Source: Iphione sp. A-MEVVRFRX5
Taxonomy: Eukaryota
Direction: 5' to 3'
Length of the DNA stretch: 64,000 bases
NCBI GenBank assembly: GCA_976226885.1
Contig: OZ320317.1
Coordinates: 31,372,001 to 31,436,000 of the forward strand
Numbering within the stretch: position 1 is the first letter of the stretch; every line of letters starts with the position of its first letter. The translations under genes and the position numbers were made by a program. Shown piece by piece: positions 1 to 10,079 of this stretch. Below the pieces are notes generated by a model, which saw only the letters and a program-made list of their open reading frames with translations, did not search any database and had not been told where the DNA came from.

Positions 1-184
1 TGGCTGTGAGAGGAAAGTAATGCCAATGTTACGCACACTATGGAACTGACGGTATTGAAAGAGGACGGAAGAAATTTTCGGCATTTGTAATTTATCGTTC
101 GAGGAATGACAATTTACCTGTTTGAGTAGTTACCTTAAAACAGCTTTTTAAGAGAAAAAGGGTGGCTGCGCTATGATAACTTAC

Positions 185-298
185 CTTGGCTGTAGTGGAA
201 CACGTGCGTATTGGGCGAGCAAGCACGGACAGATGTCTTCGTCAAAGTGTGAAGAGGTAGCGGAATGCGCCGGGGGCTGAGCTGCTCCCCTTTTTAAA
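185..298 (-). promoter_or_regulatory. Minus-strand core promoter plus ATG-less first exon (~266-185) of a gene leaving the window on the left
   Basis: On the minus strand: CCAAT (~370), TTTAAAAA (298-291) and Inr-like gcATTcc ~32 nt downstream (~266). Donor ccaag|GTAAGT at 184 and acceptor tttcctctcacAG at 5-4. Confidence 0.55.
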
Positions 299-729
299 GG
301 GCTCAGCGCGTCACTGCTCGCGTCAGGCCTTGGCGTTGGGCCAACGCGGGAGGTTGTAGGGTGAGATTGGAGTTCTAACATAGTTTGTTGTGATACTATA
401 TTAAACATAGAGTCCCAAGAAAAGCCTTTAAACCCCTGTCCTGTCACTGTACGTATTTATTGTTATAACAGATTTTATTGGATGAACCCGACATGTTGAT
501 ACCACTTGAAAAAAAGTAAACAAAATGGCCGACATGTTGTCGATTCAATGAAAGAAAGAGGATTTTTTGTACGAAAAACAATCTCATTCAGAACGACAAT
601 TTTAAAACAAATCAAAAATGAAGTAATTAACCGAACTCTTGCATATATGATAATAAGGACACCTTAAATAATCTGTATGAGACGTTTGTTCGCATCGTGA
701 CGAATGTAAACAAAACGAACGTGTATGGA

Positions 730-780
730 CCGGAAGTGGCGAAAGCAGGCATATGATTGGCCTAGGCAGGTCACGTGGTA
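730..780 (+). promoter_or_regulatory. Probable proximal promoter of the recombinase gene
   Basis: CCGGAAGT (ETS-type), ATTGG (reverse CCAAT) and GTCACGTG (E-box) cluster 25-70 bp upstream of ATG 803. Confidence 0.5.
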
Positions 781-802
781 CAAAATTTCGTCTGCTGCGA
801 AC

Positions 803-1166
803 ATGGCAAAGTTCAGCAAAGGCGAATTATGTTATTTTTTTGACGCAAGTGTCATCGTTGACGATGTTTATAAGCCTCCAGGTCTAGATTTGTATGTGTA
901 TGATGTCCGAGACATAAATACGGGACAGAAAAGCACTGCTGCGGTATACCAACTGAAGAAAACAGACACTGTCACCTTCGATTTGGGTTTTGATTTCGAT
1001 GACGATGACTTCGAGGATGACAAACCAGCACAGAAGGTAGACGAAACTAAGAAAGATAATGGCCGTTTTTATTTGCCGGAACAAAATCAAGTAGATGAGA
1101 TCAAAAAGGAGAGCAGCAAGAAAAGTACGTGCGAACAGACCAAATGGGCCATCAAGATTCTACGAG
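803..1166 (+). CDS. Crypton tyrosine recombinase, exon 1 (N-terminal beta-rich module, acidic FDLGFDFDDDDF tract, start of STCEQTKWAIKILR motif)
   Basis: The ORF is open from ATG 725, but ATG 803 (gcgaacATGGca) has better context and lies downstream of promoter motifs. Ends in cgag|GTAAGT donor at 1167 (phase 1). Splicing to 1289 gives WAIKILR-D-WLVAVGF in frame. Confidence 0.8.
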
Positions 1167-1288
1167 GTAAGTGTCAATATATGAAACCTGCACATAATAC
1201 ACTAAGTCATGGACATTACTTCTATTTAATGAATAAAGTCAACAAAGTGGTATTGAATACTTAAGGACAAACTTGATTTTTTTTACAG

Positions 1289-1505
1289 ATTGGCTAGTAG
1301 CAGTAGGGTTTTCTGCTGAATTCGAGGAACTCCCTGCCAAGGACCTAGCCGCCAAGCTCGAAAAATTCTATGCTACTGTCCAGACGAAATCATTGGAGAT
1401 GTACTCAAAAAGCGCGATGAAGAACATCCGTTGTGGCATTCAAAGGCACTTAACATCGCCGCCATGGAGCCGAAACATCAACATCATGAATGACACTGAG
1501 TTCCG
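1289..1505 (+). CDS. Crypton tyrosine recombinase, exon 2 (core-binding region: LEKFYATVQTKSLEMYSKSAMKNIRCGIQRHL)
   Basis: Acceptor ttttttttacAG at 1287-1288 and donor cg|GTAAGA at 1506 (phase 2). Both phases match the flanking exons. Confidence 0.88.
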
Positions 1506-1680
1506 GTAAGAATATTGCAGAAAAAAAAAAAAAAACATACATGCCTAGCAATCTTGTATATAAGACTCAAACATGGTTGGTGCGCCAATAACATTGAAAC
1601 TGTGCAATTAATGGGTGGAATGAAACATCCCAAGAATGTGTTGTCTTAAAATTTTTTTTTCTCTTTTTTTTTTCAATCAG

Positions 1681-2650
1681 GCAAGCGAATATGGCCTATA
1701 ATGGTTATATCGCTAAAATTCGTAATTCGGGTAAGGACAAGACAGCACACAAGCCCCTTATCGAACCCGAAGATGTCCAGCTCCTGTACGATCGTATATT
1801 CGTGGACACACCCCGGGGCCTGCAACGGAAAGTATTCTTTGATGTATGCTTTCATTTTGGTCGTAGAGGCCGAGAGGGCCTTCGTGAACTGAACAAGGAA
1901 TCCTTTGTGATTGCCACTGATGCTTCTGGAAAAGAATACGCTACCATGGCATATAACGAGACAGAAAAGACGAGATCGGGCCTGAAACACGATGAAGAGG
2001 ATGAGGTAAAAACGATGTATGCCTTACCGGAGGATCCCAAGCGTTGTCCTGTCACCTCTCTTCGCCGTTACCTCTCCCTGCTGAATCCCGTCTGCAATGC
2101 CTTTTTCCAGAGACCGAAGCGAAGTTACGACTCTAGAAGTACAGTGTGGTACGACAACATGCCTCTTGGCATGAATACACTGTACAATATGATGCAGTCC
2201 ATGTCGAAGGAAGGAGGCCTCTCCCGCCTGTACACCAATCACTCGATAAGGCGGACCTGCGTAACCACTTTGGACAGAGCTGGATTTTCCGCCGAGAAAA
2301 TTCAGTCCGTGACGGGCCATAAGTGTCAGAAATCGTTGGAGCCCTACATGGGAGGACCAACAAAGCAAGTCAAGCAGAATATGTCCAAAGTTCTCTCGAC
2401 ATATGGCAAGAATGCAGAGGAGGTGCAAGAAGAAACATGCGATGCTGTCGTGTTGTCCCAAGCAGACCAACGCCATTCCGACGATCAGCTGACTGTGCCA
2501 ATCGTCGAGTCTCCATCACCCAAAAATCTTCCAATCGCCCCAGTCCAGAACACAGCAGTAAATTTGTCTAAAGAAGACATTTGTAATGCTCTTTTTTCAG
2601 GAAAGACGTCGCTGGTTAATTGTACTATCAACATAAATTACGCAAAGTGA
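1681..2650 (+). CDS. Crypton tyrosine recombinase, exon 3 (catalytic DUF3504-like YR domain)
   Basis: Acceptor (t)n-caatcAG at 1679-1680 joins FR-QANMAYNG in frame. Motifs: FGRRGREGLREL (catalytic R), YTNHSIRR (HxxR), VTGHK (H), SLEPY (Y nucleophile) and C-terminal LFSG..NCTININ. No stops. The joined CDS from 725 is 442+217+970=1629 nt = 542 aa + stop. Confidence 0.92.
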
Positions 2651-3067
2651 AGCTAAACAGAGACGTAGTTCTGAACTGCATTGAATCCGCCGGGCAACTG
2701 TCCCAAGTCACGGAAGTTCACGCGAGATTTGAACTTTTTACCGCGAAAATGATAAAAAAGATTTTCACTTTTTAGTAACTTTTCACAGTATTGAAGAGAA
2801 TTAACCCAATAAGTACACCATATGTATTCTTGTTCGAAAATTGTGTGTTATTTCCCTTTCAGAGGCACATCTAAAACTTAATCCAATGAAAATTGTCGTT
2901 AGATTGTCAGTGCGTAATAAACATCCAAGATGGCCGCCAAACCATTCGAAGTGAGTTTTTGCCTTGTACAAGAAGAACATTTAGGGGAAAATAGGTCAAA
3001 TAAACTTGCCATTTAGACGCAAATAGATATAATAATCGTTCCAGCAAACATATGGCTAGATAAGAAC

Positions 3068-3201
3068 AGCAATTAACCACTTTATTTCGTGACAGGTGGG
3101 GCGATCCAGTCGCTCAGGCCTCGGGCTTGGACTGCGTCCAAGCCCTCGGCCTTCGCGACTGGATCTCCCACACCTGTCACTCTATGCCGTTGTTAATTGC
3201 T
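3068..3201. repeat. 134-bp imperfect hairpin at the 3' end of the Crypton
   Basis: Nested inverted pairs agcaattaac/gttaattgct, gtgacaggtg/cacctgtcac, gatccagtcgc/gcgactggatc and ggcttgga/tccaagcc. Confidence 0.9.
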
Positions 3202-3427
3202 TAGCCCTCTTTGTTTGCAGATGCAACGACCAGTGTAATAGCTTAACTTTACGCCACTGGCAAAAATTAAGGAACCGACGCCACAACCGATAAAACTTAG
3301 GCAGTAAAAGCGAGCCGCCGCAAGAACGACAAGAAGGACCGCACATGTTAATTACTGGTGGGCGACGGATGCAGGTGTGCGGACAGTTCAAAGCGAATGT
3401 CAAACCTGAACGAGAGACGCAACGAAT

Positions 3428-3880
3428 CAGTGCAGGGCTAATGGTGGCGCCCGCCGACAAAGGAAGTCGGTATCAACCTCACAAAATTTCCAATTAAAGT
3501 CGTGCTAAATAAGAACCCTGGGAACAACGGCGGTGTGGAAGGCTGTTGATAAAGGCAAGGGGTCACCACGCCGGCATTACCACCAAAGTTACGCCAGGGG
3601 ACAGGAGCACAGAGCGATGGTCTGTTCAATCGATGGCCTATCTAGACGCCATTTAGTCCGTCATCGCAGGTCTATTGGTGGCGCCCGCCGACAAAGCAAG
3701 TCGGTATCAGCCTCACAAAGTTCAAATTAAAGTCGTACTCAATAAGAACCCGTGGAACAAACGAGGTGTGGATGGTTGTAGATAAGGCAAGCGGTCAGCA
3801 GGGCGGCATGTAGCACCAAATTTACGGCAGGGGACAGCCGGTTCCATCGATGGCCTCTCGAGACGCCATTTCGACGTACA
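3428..3880. repeat. Two diverged direct copies of a ~234-bp unit
   Basis: tggtggcgcccgccgacaaag at 3442 and 3676, colinear for ~200 bp with many substitutions. Confidence 0.85.
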
Positions 3881-3899
3881 AAGTGGTTCAACCTGGCAC

Positions 3900-4575
3900 C
3901 GACTAGTCACCACAACACCATGTGGCCGTGCTCACAGATAGTGAAACACTGGTGCAAGGCGTTCATGATCTACATGCGGCAGGTACTGTGGCCACCGGAG
4001 ATGTGTGGGAAAACTAGTGGGCATGGCATGTGGGGACCTGTTCTTTATGGCCGAGAGCTACAGATCGATTTAAAAGATACGGAAGAATTGCCTTCACAGG
4101 CATATCTTCTGTCCACACATTCAAATGCGAAAGGCAGCTGGGATGCCAAGGCTCAGTAGTTTGTTGCAAAAATGGTCCTCCAAACGAAACCTAGTGTAAT
4201 AACTTTTATCAAGAAATATATATACTCTAAAGGGGCCATTAAATAAGCGTTTTAAACAAGAACTCCTGAAAAGACTACTAAAACAGAATTTGACAGTCCA
4301 TTAGTTCATAATTATGCATGGTACTTAGTATGGAATTGACCGGGCACCTGCCCCCCGACCATGTTCAATCATCATCAGCATCATCATCAACCATCTGTAT
4401 TATTATCAATATTATCGTGACTGTAAATAACTAGTCGTAAGTACTCTGTAGATATATTGTACATACTGTAGATATTGAATGTACATAGAAGTCATCGACC
4501 GGTCACGACAACGTTGTAAATTGCTGGTACCAAATGGGAATGCCAGTTTAAATAAAGGTAAACAAAAATAAAAAG
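3900..4575 (+). mobile_element. Decayed 3' end of an L1/Tx1-like LINE (tentative)
   Basis: Frameshifted C..R...DSETLVQ-AFM...VLW..VLYG resembles the C-terminal CCHC region of Tx1 ORF2. Ends with aataaaggtaaacaaaaataaaaa. Confidence 0.3.
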
Positions 4576-5060
4576 ATTGCGGTCATTAGGCAAAGAAAAG
4601 AAATGTGCTCATTATGGAAACTCTCAACGTCATATCCACCCAAAAAACCAGAAATCCAGCCATAGGAAACCCGACCCCAACCCAACATTCAATAATTTGT
4701 AGATCGCCTTAAAAATGTACATCGATTTCAACTATGAAATAAGTCGCCCACCAACGAGATGGGGATGGCAGCAGGGAGAGAGCGAGAGAAAAAGTGCAGC
4801 CGATGTAGTGAATGAGGGAGGGAGGAAAGGAGGGAGGAGGAGTCTATCAATATTAGGAAGCCATCACACGCCCTGGCCACACATTATACGGATACACCGG
4901 GACACGCGCGCTTCAAAAGCCTATTAATTAAATAGCCCGTGAAGCGCATCATTGCCAGGCACGGTACCATATGCCTACAAATTGTTAATTACTTCGCGCC
5001 CGGAAGTGCAGCGATAACACCAGTGCGGGGGGCATGGTCTCCATCATGGCGATTATGGCG

Positions 5061-5143
5061 ACTCCCCAGGTGCGCGTGTCCTCGGCCCGCCGTCTGGACT
5101 ACACTCCTCGGGTGCACGTGTCCTAGGCCCGTCGTCGGAACTA
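5061..5143. repeat. 42-bp tandem duplication in a CpG-rich patch
   Basis: actccccaggtgcgcgtgtcctcggcccgccgtctggacta vs actcctcgggtgcacgtgtcctaggcccgtcgtcggaacta. Confidence 0.8.
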
Positions 5144-5809
5144 TACCGCCGGTTTTTTTTTTATGGCAGACGTAACGTCATGACCTCATGGAAACTGTGG
5201 CTATCTTCGCTTGACAATCGACAGATACCCCGGTCCCATTTCCCAACGTATCAACGAGTTTGTAGTAGTGTCACTGACCTTTTGATATATGGCACTTGCT
5301 TCCCCCCCCCCCCCCCTTCCCCCGGTCGCGATGGCGCCTAAAGCGGTGCGTGTCTACTTTACATTCTCCGCTGATGCCTCCGTCCCCTCGCGCAGTTTAC
5401 CTATCTGAACACATCTAATATAATATCCTCCATAACTATTAAACTTGGCGACACGTCCTGAAATAGGTACATAAATAGGTATTTAAGTATTGCAGATGTA
5501 CCAAATTAAACCACAGGGTGCGGACATACCTTAAACACCATTTCGGTGGGCCAGGACGTACTGACGGCTTTTAAGAGCAGACCACGTGGCGTGACGGGTA
5601 AGGCCGTAGTGTGACGATAATAATCGGTGGCAAATTATATCATACTCCGACCTTTTCTCGTGATCTTTTCCCTTCACAATCTCTACGCGTTGTTGTTTTG
5701 TTCCGTCTGTTGTCACCTCCAGACATAACTATCGGTCTGTCGTACACTCACTTGAAGCGAGAGTCGCAAGGCATAGCAAGGAGAAGATGGTGGAAGTTGA
5801 AGGACAAGT

Positions 5810-6200
5810 GAAACAGAGGGCGCATGACGTACTTCCTGTTATATCATTACCAATAGACGGCGCCACCGACGATACAAAAGACCTTGAGCGTCCATTCTTT
5901 TCCTCCTCACACAAATCCGTCTCGTGGCCCAAGGCAAAGAAAAGTTGTCAGTGATGCATGTCATGGAAGTGAGACTCCTCCAAATCGAGTAGCCAAAGGA
6001 GGTCTTGCGTGTGAAGACCGAGTAAAATTCCACAAATGAAGCGAAGAAAAACAAGATGGCGCATGACGTATTTCCAGTCACCTCATTTCCACCAGGCGGC
6101 GCAACGGGAACCAATGGGAGACCTTGAGCGTCCCGTGTTTCGCCCTTCACACACATTCTGCGTATCTTACTTTTGTGGTTCCCACACAAAGTCCAAAACG
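5810..6200. repeat. Diverged ~239-bp direct repeat (possible third copy near 5580) carrying CTCF-like motifs
   Basis: gcgcatgacgta at 5820 and 6059, gaccttgagcgtcc in both copies, CCAATAGACGGCGC (5850-5863) and CCACCAGGCGGCGC (6089-6102). Confidence 0.75.
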
Positions 6201-6494
6201 TTATCTCGTCATAGATAAATTTAAAAAAAAAATAGAAGCCTAGGAAACAAAAGCATTTTTGAATGTGACTGTGGAGATCATGATACACACCATGCTCAAA
6301 GGGCTGATGCAACGTCAAGTCCCTCCTGTACACTCTCAATGAAGGAGTGGGATGCATTTCACCAGTGGCTGAAATGCCTGCCTCTCCAGAGAGATACCCG
6401 AGGGCCTTGGCCTATTGTGGCGCAAAACAATCTGCATGATGCTGTGTTTTTTCAGCATGACGCAGTGTCCTGACATCATGGGAAGTCTCACTTA

Positions 6495-6544
6495 GCACAT
6501 GCTGGGAACCGCCAGGTACCCGGGTTCGATTCCCGACGTGTGCA
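6495..6544 (+). pseudogene. 50-nt tRNA-like relic lacking one arm
   Basis: Acceptor gcacatg/cgtgtgc pairs, followed by a single hairpin ctgg-gaaccg-ccag and T-arm cggg-TTCGATT-cccg. Confidence 0.5.
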
Positions 6545-6848
6545 AACGACTTGCTACTTGATGTCAGTGACCCCTATTATTTAATTATTTTTTTGGTATA
6601 TTATCCGTTGCGTCACTTGCATGGACAAAGTAAATGAGTGCCGTTTCTCTGTATGACCGAATCAGGTTACGATATAGTACAAGACTGTTGCGGGATATCT
6701 GCGCGTGATATGATTCGTTGAAACTGTGATAAAATTTAAATCGGTATAGGGATATGATACAATACACAAATCACTGGAGTGGATGTTGGAAAGAACAGTG
6801 TACCAACCAATGTCCATCCACATCCATTCCAAGATGCGCATACGACCT

Positions 6849-6927
6849 CCGTGGCTCAGAGCGCAGGGCGCTCCACCCACCTTGTCTCGTGGGTCGTGGC
6901 ACGGGTTCGAATCCCGGGCCCGGCCCA
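6849..6927 (+). pseudogene. tRNA-derived SINE head or tRNA pseudogene
   Basis: A-box tggctcagagcgcagggc, stem cccac/gtggg and B-box gggttcgaatcccg. The acceptor stem does not pair. Confidence 0.55.
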
Positions 6928-9721
6928 CGGGCGAGGAAAAAGGCTAGAAAATTAATCATGGACATAATACATGCATGACAATACAAAACATGGACTGACA
7001 GGGGCTCTTCAGCCCCCAGTGGCGTACCAGGGCACATGATCAAGGTGTAGTCACGGAGGCCGGTGCTTGTTTTTTCCGTTTCACCATATACTAAATTTAC
7101 ATGGAAAGCCAGCAAACCGGTGACCAGAGAGAGGACAGTGGTGTGGAGAAAATGGAGCAGAGAGCGAGGGAACATAGACGCGCCTACAGTGGGGTACCCG
7201 AGCCAGGCCGGGTCTCACAGAGGTGCCAGGTCACTGGCACGGGGGGTGCCATAAAACATGGGGGAAGCTGTGCTGGATAGCCAAATTACCCCTATCCAGG
7301 AAGCGGCTTTATGCGGCTTTATGCTGTGCTGTGTACATGGAAAAGCAGCCTAACTGTTCTCAAAAAAGCATTTGCTCTTTTCTGCATATCAGCCATCACA
7401 TGGGGTTTCCATGGCACCCTGACAAGTAATCTCTCTAAAATTGTGCCATTTTTTAGCTGAATTTACACGAGATTTACTTTTTTTCTGTCCCAGTTATTCT
7501 GAATTTACCATTTTCTCGCATATTCTGATCCAATTTACATGATTATTGCAGTTATCTTGCCAAATTTGAATAAAATTAGTTTTTTTCCATTGAATTTACC
7601 CAAAGAATGCACATAGAATACTTTTCAGATGATATTCTTAGCTATGAGAACACACCTAACTACCTGAGAAAATACAGTCATGAACACATGTGCTATGGAA
7701 ACACATATCTAAGGAAATTCATGCTTGGGTCTCTTTGAGACAAAACAATCTTTAGGTAGGATGAGGTTTCCCTACGTAAAGATGGGTGACAAGAAAGAGA
7801 CCTATTATATTTTTGGCCTGACAAGACTTTTGCTCCATTGATATAAGAAGATTAACCAAGGCACAGACACAGTTGTGTAAGCTGTAAACACGAGATTTTT
7901 AGTAAACATCTTCCAAAATACATTTAATTGATGGATTAGTCTGTTGTCGTCTTATTATGAAAGCGTCGACTCTTTGGATTCTGTGACAAGTGAATGGGCC
8001 CTTAAGTCAGGCGTCATCGCCTACCCGTGCCATTACAGAGACGACTTGAAAGTTTACTTGCGAAATGTTCAGGTAATAAAAGTCTGAAAAAGAAATCTGA
8101 ACTCCAGTGACTGCAGTGATCTCAGGAAACCCGAGCAGGCCCTCTGGGGCATCGTTTTACCTTCTCGAAACGCCTCTACAGTATGTTTATGTGTTATTCA
8201 TACACTTTTCAATGAACTGAGTCTAAGCAAGGAGTATGTTTCGAAAGGACTAGATTGCGCATGTGTATCAATGCGTCGACGTTGATCACAGCAACAGTAG
8301 AAATCTGACCCCGAAGCTCCCGACACTCCACCTACGCTTCCAGGTACATGAAACATACGGTGTTCGAGAGTGTTTTTCGCCACCGCAAGTAGAAATCCCA
8401 TCCCCCCCATGTATATCATATCCCCTGCCATGAGCATTAGGCGTTTCGAATGATATGGTATTTACATGACATCTCTGGTCTGAAAAGAATCCCCACTTTG
8501 TTATTATGGTGCCGCAAATCCGCATCACGCCCGTCACTATAGGGGAATAAATTGAGTCATTGCGCCTCGGGTATGGCCAGATATGACAGGTGTGCTGTTC
8601 CTCTACCTAGAAAGCTGCCGTTAATGATCGGGTTTATTATGTTTTCACGACTTCACGACTACATAGAAATTTTGTATATGGTATATACAGAATGTCCTTG
8701 ATGTTCCAACCTCTAACTATTCCAGTACTTTTATTATTCTAGGCCCAATTAGTCGGAATAACACAATACTTCATAAAAAGAACCGTCTTTATTCCTCGAA
8801 ATTGCCGATAATATATTCACTTGGTACTAAGCAGTGCTGCAATCGCTAAAAGGCACTGTACGTGTTTAGGTCTCTCAGAAGCCAACAAAAAATAACATAA
8901 CGGTAACCAAAGTTTAATGTAGACAATTCTTTAACAATTTTTAAAATTTTGCCCTTGATTCATATAAATATAGAAAATTGTACCGTAAGCGTCTATCACT
9001 ATAAATTGTTTTGAATGACAACATAGAGTAATTCTTTTCAGGTCTTATCTACGACCATTGAGTAGGTACTGGTATGAATAAAACATTCATGAATATACAA
9101 TTTTGAAAGAGAATGTTGCAACTGAAATATAACATTTTATGATGGGGGACGAGGGCAAGGATTTAGCAGGTAATAATGCCCAAAATATGTTACCATTATT
9201 TTCAGAATAAAAATATAGCCCATTTTATATCATGGCTTCCATAAAACAGTTGATAAGACCACCGTAATAAAACACAGAACAAATCCCTTATCAGAAGGAC
9301 CAGAGGTCGATGTTGAATCTCAATCTTTGAGAGATAGAAAGGGAGATTTATGGAAAATGGGACATGCAAGGCCAGGGAGAATAGAATGTTGCATAGTATC
9401 AAATCAGACTAATTTGTGACTGATTTGGCCGTTGGCACGGGAAACATGTCCTGCTGATGCAGCAAGGCGTCAAATCACAGAGTGAATCAAGTCAAGGATG
9501 GCACTTACACGATCCATCATAATACATGGCGCGTCCTCTCTAACGTGATGAAGACCGTGGGCCGAGAGCGGCCATAGACAAGCCCAGCAGCATTATATAG
9601 ATTCTTGCTTCTCATCAAGTTTCACAGTTTGGGGTCCTCGTTGGTTATACTGCATTCTGCAAACCTCAAGTATGTACGTAAATATATATATAAGCTATAT
9701 ATGTAATGTATAGTTAAATGC

Positions 9722-10079
9722 CGCTATGCGACCAATAGTCAGTACGTTCCATAGGCCACGGTAATGGTTGGCGTGGCATTTTGGTATAAAGGCGATTTTG
9801 ATGTCTGCACTTCATAAAAACAGCAAATTTGACCATAAAGTGTTCTAAAAGTAGTAAATATGAAAAAGTGTTCTATAAGCTGTGAATTTGCTGAGTAAAC
9901 ATTCTAAAATCAGTGAGATTGATTGGAAGAAATTCTAAACGATGCGAATCTGATGAATAAATACCCTAAAAGTGACCAGTTTGATAAACTTTGTGATAAT
10001 ATTGAGCTGAATATTTTAGGTCCCAGTTCATTTGGCCATACTATAGGTTTTGGACACTTTATGGCCTGGCCGCATAGCG
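9722..10079. mobile_element. ~358-bp MITE-like element
   Basis: 13-bp inverted repeat cgctatgcgacca / tggccgcatagcg (1 mismatch) around an AT-rich interior. No clear TSD. Confidence 0.4.

Larger units (their letters stand above)
440..3201 (+). mobile_element. Crypton-type (tyrosine-recombinase) DNA transposon, apparently intact; boundaries approximate
   Basis: Contains the spliced YR gene 803-2650 and a 134-bp imperfect hairpin at 3068-3201. Inverted 12-mer aacgacaatttt (592-603) / aaaattgtcgtt (2889-2900) flanks the gene, and direct 9-mer cctgtcact occurs at 440-448 and 3173-3181. No long TIR or TSD. The left end could be anywhere in ~440-625. Confidence 0.75.

Noticed and set aside
181-447. 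88-aa minus-strand ORF
   Set aside because: It runs through promoter motifs and ends at a splice donor. Better explained as promoter plus non-coding exon.
1167-1264. C-terminal part of the 179-aa ORF 725-1264
   Set aside because: Intron read-through after the GTAAGT donor at 1167.
1673-2571. Overlapping ORFs in other frames and on the antisense strand of the recombinase exon
   Set aside because: Shadow ORFs of a GC-richer coding exon, with no motifs.
6771-7175. 134-aa minus ORF with hydrophobic VLSLVTGLLAFHVNLV (CLC helix B-like), paired with MTPHAAIIMVETT at ~36230
   Set aside because: The two CLC-like segments are in the wrong order for one gene, and the ORF runs into a tRNA-like relic.
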